Of a stretch of 32,606 nucleotides of DNA, positions 8,122 through 16,769 are shown piece by piece. The notes beneath the pieces are model-generated. The model worked only from the letters and a program-made list of their open reading frames with translations, ran no database searches and was not told the origin of the DNA. A program made the position numbers and the translations under genes. The stretch's first letter is position 1. The number at the start of each line of letters is the position of its first letter. Source of the stretch: Candidatus Rifleibacteriota bacterium (GTDB lineage Bacteria; Muiribacteriota; Ozemobacteria; Ozemobacterales; Ozemobacteraceae); assembly GCA_051747585.1 (NCBI GenBank), contig JBNJGH010000028.1, forward strand, positions 1 to 32,606, read 5' to 3'.

Positions 8122-10905
8122 TTATGCTTCTGATGCTTTTGCTCTGACTGGAGTGTGATTTTGAGTTTTAAGGCTTTTTTCCCGGTCTTCAGCATATTTG
8201 AGGGTCGCGTGAGCTGCTGCAAGTCTTGCTATCGGAACACGGAAAGGTGAGCAACTTACATAGTCGAAGCCGAGTTTATGGCAGAACATTACAGATTCTG
8301 GTTCGCCACCATGTTCACCACAAATGCCGATTTTAAGATCGGGTCTTGTAGTTCTTCCTTTGGTAACTCCCCATTCCATAAGAACGCCAACGCCTTCTTG
8401 ATCAATGCTCTGGAAAGGATCATGCTTGAGGATTTTCTTGTCGTAATATTCCTGCAGGAATTTTCCGGCATCATCGCGGCTGTAGCCAAAGGTCATCTGA
8501 GTAAGGTCGTTAGTTCCGAAGCTAAAGAATTCGGCTTCAGTGGCGACTTTATCAGCAGTGATAGCGGCACGTGGAATTTCAATCATTGTGCCAATCAAAT
8601 ATTTAAGTTTGCCTTCGACACCATGTTCTTTAATAGTGGTTTCAGCAACTTCTCTTACGAGTACTTTTTGATTTTTGAGCTCTTCAACAGTTCCGATAAG
8701 AGGAATCATAACTTCCGGGAAAACTTCAATACCTTCTTTGGTGAGGCGGCAGGCAGCTTCAAAGATTGCTTTAGCCTGCATTTCCGTGATTTCCGGATAG
8801 GTTACGCCAAGTCGGCAACCGCGATGACCGAGCATTGGATTGAATTCATGCAGAGAATCAACTTTGGCCTGGATTTTTTCCAGTGGAATACCCATTTCAT
8901 CGGCCATTTCTTTCTGATTCTTTTCTTCGTGAGGAATGAATTCATGCAGTGGAGGATCGAGAGTTCTAATAGTTACAGGATAGCCTTCCATTGCTTTGAG
9001 AATGCCATAGAAATCATCGGTCTGAAATTCTAGAAGTTTTTTGAGGGCTTTGCGACGACCAGTTTCATCATCTGAAAGAATCATTTCGCGCATGTGCCTG
9101 ATTCTTGTACCTTCAAAGAACATGTGTTCTGTTCTGCACAGACCAATACCCTGGGCGCCGAATTTTCGCGCTACAGTTGAGTCTTTTGGAGAATCAGCGT
9201 TAGTGCGAACATCGAGAGATCTAATTTCGTCAGCCCACTTCATTATGGTGCCAAAATTGCCTGAAAGACTGGGTTCGATAGTTGTTACTTTACCAAGCAT
9301 TACTTCGCCGGTAGTTCCATCAAGACTGATCCATTCGCCTTCTTTGACAGTCTGGTCTTTTACCGTCATTGTGCGAGCCTGATATTTGATTTTTATGTCG
9401 CTGCAACCTGCAACACAGCATTTACCCCAACCGCGGGCAACAACTGCCGCGTGAGAAGTCATGCCGCCACGTGCAGTTAGAATGCCTGCAGCAGCATCCA
9501 TGCCACCAACATCTTCGGGGCTTGTTTCGATGCGTACCAGAATTACCTTTTCGCCACGAGCAGCCCATTCTTCGGCGTCTTCAGCATTAAAAACAACACG
9601 TCCGGTGCTGGCACCTGGTGATGCTGGAAGACCCTTGGTAATAACGTTCTTTTCGGCAGAAGGATCAAAAACCGGGTGAAGCAGCTGGTCAAGATCTGCA
9701 GGTTTAACTCTGAGAAGAGCCTGTTGCTTGGTAACGAGTTTTTCTTCAACCATGTCAACAGCAATTTGTACTGCAGCAGCAGCGGTACGTTTGCCGGTTC
9801 TTGTCTGCAGCATCCAGAGTTTACCATTTTGAATGGTGAACTCGATATCCTGCATATCTTTGTAATGTCCTTCGAGTTTGCGGTATACATCTACCAGTTG
9901 TTTGTAAACATCAGGCATTGATTCTTCAAGAGAAGGAAATTTATTAGCTCTTGTTTCTTCGTCAATGTTATTTTCTTTTGCCCAGGCAAGAGAACCCTCT
10001 TTGGTTATCTGCTGGGGAGTTCTGGTTCCGGCAACAACGTCTTCGCCCTGAGCATTGATAAGATATTCGCCGTAGAAAATGTTTTCACCGGTTGCAGGGT
10101 TTCTGGTAAAAGCAACGCCGGTAGCACAGTCGTTACCCATATTACCATATACCATTGCTTGAACGTTTACTGCAGTTCCCCAGTCGTCAGAGAAGCCTTC
10201 TCTTTTACGATAGGTAATCGCACGTTCACTGTTCCATGAACCAAATACGGCGTCAATTGCGCCCCAGAGCTGTTCTTCGGCGTCTGTGGGGAATTCTTTG
10301 CCAAGCTTGTCTTTGATAAGCTTTTTGTAGCGCTGAGTAAGCTCTTCAAGCATTTCAGCAGTCATCTGGGCATCAGTTTCAATATTATTTTCTTTTTTGA
10401 GACCTTCCATTACTGTTTCAAAAGGATCTTCATCATCTTTTGATTCAGGTCGCAGGCCCATGACAACATCGCCATACATGTGAACAAAACGACGATAGGA
10501 ATCCCAGCCAAAGCGAGGATTATCTGTTTGCTTAATTATGCCCTGGACAGTTTCGTCATTAAGACCAAGGTTTAATACTGTATCCATCATACCTGGCATT
10601 GAAACTCTAGCACCAGATCTGACTGATACCAGCAAAGGGTTTTCTTTGTCGCCAAATTTGGCGTCCATTATTTTTTCAATATGCTGCAAACCCTCTTTAA
10701 CCTGAGTTTTTAACTCAGGTGGATAATTGCGATTGTTTTTATAATACACATCACACATTTCTGTGGAAATAGTCATGCCAGCTGGAACCGGCAGACCAAT
10801 TGTGTTCATTTCAGCCAGGTTTGCGCCTTTGCCGCCGAGCAGGTCTTTCATAGTCCCGTTGCCGTCGGCTTTTCCCGCGCCGAATAAGTAAACAAATTTT
10901 GTCAT
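8122..10905 (-). CDS. ppdK: Pyruvate, phosphate dikinase
   Basis: LLGGKGANLAEM, SVRSGA..SMPGMMDT, phospho-His motif GGMTSHAAVVARG, GIGLCRTEHMF, FSFGTNDLTQ, GICGEHGG. Start set at ATG 10905 (MTKFVY) after RBS AGGAGG, not the track's 10950. Confidence 0.97.
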   Translation of the reverse strand: MTKFVYLFGAGKADGNGTMKDLLGGKGANLAEMNTIGLPVPAGMTISTEMCDVYYKNNRNYPPELKTQVKEGLQHIEKIMDAKFGDKENPLLVSVRSGARVSMPGMMDTVLNLGLNDETVQGIIKQTDNPRFGWDSYRRFVHMYGDVVMGLRPESKDDEDPFETVMEGLKKENNIETDAQMTAEMLEELTQRYKKLIKDKLGKEFPTDAEEQLWGAIDAVFGSWNSERAITYRKREGFSDDWGTAVNVQAMVYGNMGNDCATGVAFTRNPATGENIFYGEYLINAQGEDVVAGTRTPQQITKEGSLAWAKENNIDEETRANKFPSLEESMPDVYKQLVDVYRKLEGHYKDMQDIEFTIQNGKLWMLQTRTGKRTAAAAVQIAVDMVEEKLVTKQQALLRVKPADLDQLLHPVFDPSAEKNVITKGLPASPGASTGRVVFNAEDAEEWAARGEKVILVRIETSPEDVGGMDAAAGILTARGGMTSHAAVVARGWGKCCVAGCSDIKIKYQARTMTVKDQTVKEGEWISLDGTTGEVMLGKVTTIEPSLSGNFGTIMKWADEIRSLDVRTNADSPKDSTVARKFGAQGIGLCRTEHMFFEGTRIRHMREMILSDDETGRRKALKKLLEFQTDDFYGILKAMEGYPVTIRTLDPPLHEFIPHEEKNQKEMADEMGIPLEKIQAKVDSLHEFNPMLGHRGCRLGVTYPEITEMQAKAIFEAACRLTKEGIEVFPEVMIPLIGTVEELKNQKVLVREVAETTIKEHGVEGKLKYLIGTMIEIPRAAITADKVATEAEFFSFGTNDLTQMTFGYSRDDAGKFLQEYYDKKILKHDPFQSIDQEGVGVLMEWGVTKGRTTRPDLKIGICGEHGGEPESVMFCHKLGFDYVSCSPFRVPIARLAAAHATLKYAEDREKSLKTQNHTPVRAKASEA

Positions 10906-10963
10906 TGGTGCCTCCTGAAAGTTTTGTAAATTTATAGTGAGCCCTACCACTCTTTACCGTGGC

Positions 10964-10993
10964 AGAATAGCATAATCAGAGAAATATTTGCAA
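10964..10993 (-). promoter_or_regulatory. Putative sigma-70 promoter for the ppdK operon
   Basis: Minus strand TTGCAA-N18-TATTCT with a TG extended -10 element. Confidence 0.4.
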
Positions 10994-11012
10994 GGTAATA
11001 ATGGTTGCCAGG

Positions 11013-11396
11013 TTAAGGTTTGTGTACAAGTTTTTCAATTTCAGCAATAACAACCTGTGGGTCAAAGGGTTTGAAAATAAAACCATCTGCACCACTTTCA
11101 ATTCCTTTTTTCTTATCTTGAATCAGAGCTAGAGCAGTAACCATTAAAACGGGAATAGAACTGGTTTCTTCACATTCTTTCAGCTGTCGGCAAATTTGGT
11201 AACCATCTATTTCAGGCATTGCGATATCTAAAATAACAAGATGGGGTTGTTGTAATTTTGCAATGTCAAAAGCTTTTGCCGGATCAAGACAGGCTATGCT
11301 CTTATAATTAAAAACTCCGAGAATTGTCTCTAATAAAGCTATTATAGCTTCTTCATCATCTACTATGAGAATTACTTTTTCGTCTGTTTTATTCAT
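11013..11396 (-). CDS. Single-domain response regulator (receiver only)
   Basis: ILIVDDE, LVILDIAMPEIDG (phospho-Asp), MVTA, FIFKPF; likely start ATG 11396 (MNKTDE) after AAAGGG. Confidence 0.9.
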   Translation of the reverse strand: MNKTDEKVILIVDDEEAIIALLETILGVFNYKSIACLDPAKAFDIAKLQQPHLVILDIAMPEIDGYQICRQLKECEETSSIPVLMVTALALIQDKKKGIESGADGFIFKPFDPQVVIAEIEKLVHKP

Positions 11397-11564
11397 GGCT
11401 TTCCCTTTGTTTTCAGTAATTCTAATGAAAATTTCGAATTTTATCAACTGAAAACCTGCACTTACTTTTTCAATCAAACTTTACTTTTGTAATTAAGGTT
11501 TATCCTGCCAAAGCTTATGCTTTATTGACCAAAGTTAATTAGAAGTGATATAAAATAAATAGAT

Positions 11565-11996
11565 ATGTATAGAAAAATTTTATTTGCAGTGCTTATTATC
11601 GGTGTATGTTTAGCGGGATTCTGGTTGGGTTTAAGGATATCCCGGAATAATCAACGAAAAATCGAAACCGATCGCATGGAATTATGCCTTGAGCTTTATC
11701 GTGAATACAGACAGGCGCAAAATCAGCAGCAGCTGGCAGCAGAGCTCGAAAAAATCGGTTTTACTCCACAGGATTTTCAGATGATAATTGATCGATTTAT
11801 TTACTATCGAACACAGAAATCTTCTATGGATCAAGCTTTCAGGTTGATGCAAGCTTTTAAATCCGGATACAATGTGCAACCGGCAAGAGTTGTAAAGGTA
11901 TCTGGTTTTGCTTCCGATTCTTTTAAATTAGATGCAGAAATACTGGCTGTTTTTGAAAATCAGCCTGACCTTATTGAAAAAGCCTTCGAGGGATAA
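11565..11996 (+). CDS. Hypothetical protein with N-terminal membrane anchor
   Basis: 143 aa ORF, hydrophobic residues 5-23; first of three tightly spaced plus-strand genes; TTGACC...TATAAA promoter-like sequence upstream. Confidence 0.7.
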   Translation: MYRKILFAVLIIGVCLAGFWLGLRISRNNQRKIETDRMELCLELYREYRQAQNQQQLAAELEKIGFTPQDFQMIIDRFIYYRTQKSSMDQAFRLMQAFKSGYNVQPARVVKVSGFASDSFKLDAEILAVFENQPDLIEKAFEG

Positions 11997-11997
11997 A

Positions 11998-12729
11998 ATG
12001 GAAAAAGAAGAAAAGGATGTTATGGATTTAGAAAATCAAAAGAAATCAGACGCAATCAATGATGTCTCTGCTGAACAAGATGCAAGCTCAGAGGAAACAA
12101 AAGAAAGCAAAAAAACTGAAGTTTCTGAAAAAAAGCCTAATTTCTTTGTTCGCTTTATCAAATGGATATGGAATGGCCTGGTAATCCGGCAGTTTTTTCA
12201 AAAGATTTTTTCTTTGTTTTTTGCATTAGCGGTTTTTGGTTTTATTTACATGCACATGACCGCCCACAGAAGCATTCTAACCTATATGGGCACAATGCTT
12301 CTTATGGTAATTGTCTATGCCGAGATACTTGTAATCAGAGATCATTTATGGGTTATAGAGGGCAGCATGCGTGAATCGAGAAGATGGCGAGAAGTTTTTT
12401 TCAATCAAAGTAATCTTCGCCGGCAAAAAATCAGAAAGCTTATAGTAATGATTTTCGCACTTGGAATTTTTTCATACGTTTACATGAGAACTATTGAGAA
12501 ATTTGCTAGAAGTGCTAGTTTATTGTCGTTTCTTGGGTTGATCCTTATGATAACTATTCTATATTATGAAATCTTAACCATTAGAGATGAAGTCAGTATT
12601 ATGCTGAGCGCGGTAGAAGATGCTGAAAAAAACAAAGAAGAAAAACTTAAGCGTGACGAGCAATACGAAAAATTTATCAAAGCCGAAAAGTCTGAAGATG
12701 CAGACCAAAACTCTTCAAATGAAGTATGA
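11998..12729 (+). CDS. Hypothetical 4-TM membrane protein with internal duplication
   Basis: ATG 11998 lies 1 nt after the upstream stop; two similar two-helix units each end in YxEILxIRD; charged termini. Confidence 0.7.
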   Translation: MEKEEKDVMDLENQKKSDAINDVSAEQDASSEETKESKKTEVSEKKPNFFVRFIKWIWNGLVIRQFFQKIFSLFFALAVFGFIYMHMTAHRSILTYMGTMLLMVIVYAEILVIRDHLWVIEGSMRESRRWREVFFNQSNLRRQKIRKLIVMIFALGIFSYVYMRTIEKFARSASLLSFLGLILMITILYYEILTIRDEVSIMLSAVEDAEKNKEEKLKRDEQYEKFIKAEKSEDADQNSSNEV

Positions 12730-13447
12730 GCGCTATATTTTAATTCTATTTTTCTTCCTGTTCCTCAGCTTTTGCGCTAATGCAGAAGAAAAACCGGAGC
12801 CAGATATCTGTCGTATTTATTTTCAAGATCTTGGGGAAGTGGGCTTTTCTAAGATTGAATCAAAAAGAGATATTCTTCTGGCTGATGGGATTTATATGTC
12901 AGAGCCCAGATTAAAATCTCCTCTTGCCACAGATACTGCTTTAAATATTTCAAGTCATACGGTTACTTTGTTTCCGGGAGCAGTTATCAAAAAGGCGGAA
13001 AATAATTTAATGGTTTTGAGTGGTCGAATAATGGTTGAGTCAGTTGATAAAAATCTCAAACCAATTATTTTCAGAGGAAAACGGTATTTGTGTCATTACA
13101 ATTACGGCAAATTGTTAATTGAAACAACACCGTTAAAAAACACATGGTTTTTGATGAAAAATAATGGATCTGCCTGGATAAAAACCTTTTCTCGTAAGAT
13201 TATTGATTTACAGGCTGGCACTGAGGTTGAGGTCCCCTTGTTTGGGGCTGTTAATGTCGATGAACGTCCGGGTTCCAGATGGAATTTCGCTCCTGAAAAT
13301 GCTGTAGTAAAAGATGTAAAAGCAGTTTTTTCTCCGAATCCAGAACCAGAACAAATAAACGGGTCTTCAAGCGAAGAAATTGAGCCCGAAGAAGAAATCG
13401 CCACCACTACACAGCTTGCAACTGACACAAATTCAGAAATTAAATAG
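12719..13447 (+). CDS. Exported hypothetical protein (beta-rich, weakly FecR-like)
   Basis: Start at ATG 12719 gives signal peptide MKYERYILILFFFLFLSFCANA; acidic Pro/Glu/Thr tail. The FecR resemblance is by eye only. Confidence 0.65.
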   Translation: MKYERYILILFFFLFLSFCANAEEKPEPDICRIYFQDLGEVGFSKIESKRDILLADGIYMSEPRLKSPLATDTALNISSHTVTLFPGAVIKKAENNLMVLSGRIMVESVDKNLKPIIFRGKRYLCHYNYGKLLIETTPLKNTWFLMKNNGSAWIKTFSRKIIDLQAGTEVEVPLFGAVNVDERPGSRWNFAPENAVVKDVKAVFSPNPEPEQINGSSSEEIEPEEEIATTTQLATDTNSEIK

Positions 13448-13463
13448 TTTTTTTCTATAAATT

Positions 13464-13491
13464 TCAATTTGTTTTAACCTTATGCCGATAA
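13464..13491 (+). promoter_or_regulatory. Sigma-28 (FliA/SigD)-like promoter
   Basis: TCAATTTG-N12-GCCGATAA versus consensus TAAAGTTT-N11/12-GCCGATAA; perfect -10 octamer about 30 nt upstream of an RBS and ATG. Confidence 0.5.
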
Positions 13492-13523
13492 TACTACCAT
13501 TAAGCAAATTTTGAGGTAGCCGA

Positions 13524-13592
13524 ATGCTATTTTTTTGGATTCTAATGGTAATTACCCTGATTGTATTGGTAAAGGAGGCGTTTAATGGTTAA
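13524..13592 (+). CDS. 22-aa hydrophobic micropeptide (MLFFWILMVITLIVLVKEAFNG), not in the ORF track
   Basis: RBS GAGGT at 13513-13517, ATG 13524, TAA 13590-13592; one TM-like stretch. Confidence 0.5.
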   Translation: MLFFWILMVITLIVLVKEAFNG

Positions 13593-13656
13593 GCGAACAG
13601 TATTATTTTTACTGGTAACTATATTCTGGACTTTTGCTCTTGCCGGCTGTGTTTAA
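13585..13656 (+). CDS. 23-aa micropeptide = lipoprotein signal peptide with lipobox (MVKRTVLFLLVTIFWTFALAGCV), not in the ORF track
   Basis: RBS AAGGAGG at 13572-13578, 6 nt before ATG 13585; KR n-region, hydrophobic h-region, LAGC lipobox; TAA 13654-13656. Confidence 0.6.
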   Translation: MVKRTVLFLLVTIFWTFALAGCV

Positions 13657-13675
13657 GCAATAAAAAGCGTAGATT

Positions 13676-13717
13676 AAAAAACCGCGAACCATAATAAAAA
13701 TTGTTCGCGGTTTTTTT
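13676..13717. terminator. Bidirectional intrinsic terminator
   Basis: AAAAAACCGCGAAC-13-nt loop-GTTCGCGGTTTTTTT between the converging micropeptide unit and deoC. Confidence 0.85.
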
Positions 13718-13722
13718 AGTTT

Positions 13723-15243
13723 CTAATAACCTTTGCCTGTATCTTTTTCTTCTCGAACAATAGCGACAGATGCGCTTGCGCCAATTCTTGTCGCTCCCAT
13801 TTGTATCATTTGCCGGGCAGTTTCAGTATCACGTATTCCGCCACTGGCTTTAACGCCCATATCGGGGCCAACGACCTGGCGCATAAGGCAGACATCTTCG
13901 AGGGTTGCTCCGCCGCTGCTGAATCCGGTCGAGGTTTTTACAAAGTCAGCTCCTGCAAGTTTAGAAAGTTCACAGGCTTTCGTTTTTTCTTCATCGTTAA
14001 GCAGAGCGGTTTCAAGTATTACTTTAACAGTGTTGCCGTTGGCAGCTTCTACTACGCGGGCAATATCATTTTTTACAAGCTCATAATCTTTTGATTTTAA
14101 AGCGCCAACATTGATTACCATGTCGATTTCCGTAGCGCCATTTGCAACTGCGTCTCGTGTTTCCATGGCTTTTACAAAGGTCGAGGTTGCTCCAAGGGGG
14201 AAGCCGATAACGGTGCATACTTTAACCGGAGTTCCTCTGAGCATCTGGGCAGCCAGTGCCACGTTGGCAGGATTCACGCAAACCGATGCAAAGCCGTTTT
14301 GTTGTGCTTCCTGGCAAAGCTTAACTATTTGGTCTTTGGTAACATTGGGCTTTAATAAAGTGTGGTCAATGTATTTTGCCAGTTCCTTGCCGGGCAGTGG
14401 AGCATCCAAACCTTTATCTATTCTGTTTGCTCCAGCTTCAATCACTTCTTTTACTTTGTTTTGACAATAAGTTACGCAACTGCCATAAGATTTTGTGCAG
14501 TCTTCAGCACAATCATTCGTAGGAGTTGTGGAATTACCGCTTGAGCTTTGGGAGAATGTGGGCGTATTTGCCGCAGGCAATGAGGCAGGGGCTTGACTAC
14601 AGGTCGTGCAGGAAGCGCAATTTCCGGCTGCACAATCTGAGCATTTGAAGGTAGGGGTAACATGCATGCCCGGAATTTTATGGAAAATTACACCCATAGA
14701 TTCGAGTTCGCGACGATAATTGTCAATTTTCTTTGCTACACCGGCTGGGTAATATCTATTTGAATCAATTATTGCTTCGTCGGCTATGGTAATTTTTATA
14801 CCGTCCATGAGGGCTTGAGTAAGAACTATAGTTGCAAAGCTGTCTGCTATTAGAGCAGCTGATTTTGCCAGACTGTTGATTGACATCGAAGGAATAATGA
14901 GGTGTTGGACATCTGCCAACGCGAGGTGGGCAGCGGTATTGTCGGCATGAATCAAATTGAAGTCGCTTTGTAAAGCAGGAGCGTTAAAGTTTCTATAAAC
15001 ATAAGAAGAAACAATTACCTTGCTGCTGGTCGGAATAATACTTTTTATCTGGCCAACGACCTGATCGATAACTTTAAGATTTGCGGTTAAAAGGACAGCA
15101 GTTTTTTCAGTTAAAAGTTTGCTGTCCGGAAGCGCTGAAACTTGACGCTGAGGAGGTGGAGAATAGGCAGAACCACGATTGGCTGATTCTGACTTGAGTT
15201 TCAACATTACTTCTTTGGCAATTTGTTCAACAATAGCTTCCAT
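13723..15243 (-). CDS. deoC: Deoxyribose-phosphate aldolase fused to an N-terminal encapsulation-like peptide, a flavoprotein-like domain and Cys-rich linkers
   Basis: Residues about 288-506: [41 protein letters not shown] (Schiff-base Lys), [16 protein letters not shown]. About 290 extra N-terminal residues. Confidence 0.92.
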   Translation of the reverse strand: MEAIVEQIAKEVMLKLKSESANRGSAYSPPPQRQVSALPDSKLLTEKTAVLLTANLKVIDQVVGQIKSIIPTSSKVIVSSYVYRNFNAPALQSDFNLIHADNTAAHLALADVQHLIIPSMSINSLAKSAALIADSFATIVLTQALMDGIKITIADEAIIDSNRYYPAGVAKKIDNYRRELESMGVIFHKIPGMHVTPTFKCSDCAAGNCASCTTCSQAPASLPAANTPTFSQSSSGNSTTPTNDCAEDCTKSYGSCVTYCQNKVKEVIEAGANRIDKGLDAPLPGKELAKYIDHTLLKPNVTKDQIVKLCQEAQQNGFASVCVNPANVALAAQMLRGTPVKVCTVIGFPLGATSTFVKAMETRDAVANGATEIDMVINVGALKSKDYELVKNDIARVVEAANGNTVKVILETALLNDEEKTKACELSKLAGADFVKTSTGFSSGGATLEDVCLMRQVVGPDMGVKASGGIRDTETARQMIQMGATRIGASASVAIVREEKDTGKGY

Positions 15244-15245
15244 TA

Positions 15246-15566
15246 TTAGCCTCCTGCCTGAGCTGATTCAAAACTGGATTTTTCAAAAATAATTTTATTT
15301 TTAAGATCTATGGTATCAATAATTCCTATAATAGCGGCATCTGCCGGTGCTTTGCTTGTTCCGAGAAGATCGTTAACCGAGCTGCCTTCTTTAACTACCA
15401 GCACGAGCTCGTCAATGTCTGCTCCCATAAAATCAATTGTCAGTAGTTCTTCGCCTTTAGCTTTAAGCTGCAGGTCAACAGGTTGCACCAGCAATAGAGG
15501 TTTTTTGTCAAAAGTACTGTTTTTAACAGTAGAAACAACCTTTTTTATAACTTTTCCTATAACCAT
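15246..15566 (-). CDS. Bacterial microcompartment vertex protein (BMC-P, EutN/CcmL family)
   Basis: [15 protein letters not shown]...LLLVQP...[14 protein letters not shown]...[13 protein letters not shown] follows the EutN/CcmL pattern. Confidence 0.9.
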   Translation of the reverse strand: MVIGKVIKKVVSTVKNSTFDKKPLLLVQPVDLQLKAKGEELLTIDFMGADIDELVLVVKEGSSVNDLLGTSKAPADAAIIGIIDTIDLKNKIIFEKSSFESAQAGG

Positions 15567-15568
15567 TT

Positions 15569-15829
15569 TCAGCTTTCAATTTTGTCGACGATGCCAAGAA
15601 TTGTAGCATCGGAAGGCGGTCTTGTACTAAAGGGGAAAGAAGCTTCAGAGCCTCCGCAAAGAAAAACGGTTTCACCATTGCCTGCTCCTACTGAGTCACA
15701 AGCAACAAAAGGTCTTCCTTTCGGCTTGCCGGCTGCATTGATTTTGGTTACAAGCAGAAGCTTCAAACCTTCAAGCTGTCTATCTTTACAGGTGCAGACG
15801 GCGTTGCCTAAAACTTTTCCCAGATACAT
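15569..15829 (-). CDS. Bacterial microcompartment vertex protein (BMC-P, EutN/CcmL family)
   Basis: MYLGKVLGNAVCTCKD..LEGLKLLLV...VACDSVGAGNGETV...GSEA...PSDATILGIVD follows the EutN/CcmL pattern. Confidence 0.92.
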   Translation of the reverse strand: MYLGKVLGNAVCTCKDRQLEGLKLLLVTKINAAGKPKGRPFVACDSVGAGNGETVFLCGGSEASFPFSTRPPSDATILGIVDKIES

Positions 15830-15859
15830 TTTCGCTCTTTTCCGGTAAATTACCTAGAA

Positions 15860-15888
15860 AATCTATCAGAATTTGCTTTGGTATGCAA
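15860..15888 (-). promoter_or_regulatory. Putative sigma-70 promoter of the BMC-P/BMC-P/deoC operon
   Basis: Minus strand TTGCAT-N17-TAGATT with a TG extension, 30 nt upstream of the first ATG. Confidence 0.5.
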
Positions 15889-16115
15889 CAATTGCTTCGG
15901 GAGGCAGGGCGAGCGAAAACTTTATTGCATAATTTGAAAACGTTATGAAGAAGCTTCAAACAAAGCCTCTAAGACCAAAAAAAGATAAGGGTAAAAAATA
16001 TTTTTTGAGCCGGTCGAAGTTTTTTTTCTTTAGGCCGCGTGTTATAGTGTCGTCTGGACAACTATTTCCTGAATGCTGACAGCGATTAATTTACAGAACA
16101 ATTTGGAGCCGAATA

Positions 16116-16766
16116 ATGAAAAATTACCGTTATGTAATTTGGGACTGGAACGGAACTTTATTGAACGATGTTAATGAATGCATTGACATAATAAATACCA
16201 GTCTGAGTAAAAGAAATATTAAACCACTTGATAAATCGAAATATCTTGAGAAATTTCAATTCCCCGTAAAAAAATATTACCAGGAAATAGGCTTTGATTT
16301 CAGCAAAGAATCTTTTGAAGAGGCGGGACAGGAATACATTGATGCCTATGCCAAAAAGATGCTTGAGTGCCAATTACAAACTCAGAGTATAGAGCTCCTT
16401 AAATTGCTTAAAAATTCAGGGGTTGATCAATATATTTTGTCTGCTCTAAACCATGACGCACTTGAAAAATGTATAGACAATTATGAGCTGGCAGAATTTT
16501 TTACAAAAGTCAGAGGACTTGATGACTACTATGCCCACAGCAAAGTAGAATTAGGGCGAGCCCTGTTGAGAGAAGAAAATATTCCGGCAGATAAAGCTGT
16601 TCTCATCGGCGATACGGTTCATGATTATGAAACAGCTGAAGCTATGGGAGTAGACTGCATTCTAGTTGCCGATGGACATAATTCAGGCGAGCGCCTTAAA
16701 GCTTGTTCAGTTCCTGTGTTTGAAGACTTGAGAGAACTCAAGGCAAATTTTGAACAAAAATATTAA
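16116..16766 (+). CDS. HAD-superfamily phosphatase (phosphoglycolate-phosphatase-like)
   Basis: Motif I variant WDWNGTL, ILSA, HSK, motif IV IGDTVHD; RBS GGAG. Confidence 0.85.
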   Translation: MKNYRYVIWDWNGTLLNDVNECIDIINTSLSKRNIKPLDKSKYLEKFQFPVKKYYQEIGFDFSKESFEEAGQEYIDAYAKKMLECQLQTQSIELLKLLKNSGVDQYILSALNHDALEKCIDNYELAEFFTKVRGLDDYYAHSKVELGRALLREENIPADKAVLIGDTVHDYETAEAMGVDCILVADGHNSGERLKACSVPVFEDLRELKANFEQKY

Positions 16767-16769
16767 CAA

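Noticed and set aside
8278..9033. 251-aa plus-strand ORF and the other 60-185 aa ORFs nested in ppdK, pilB, MCP, deoC, pgi and topB
   Set aside because: Antisense or off-frame shadows of clearly conserved genes, with no motifs or RBS.
10947..10958. boxA-like CACTCTTTA upstream of the nusB-containing operon
   Set aside because: It lies on the non-transcribed orientation and is an imperfect match.
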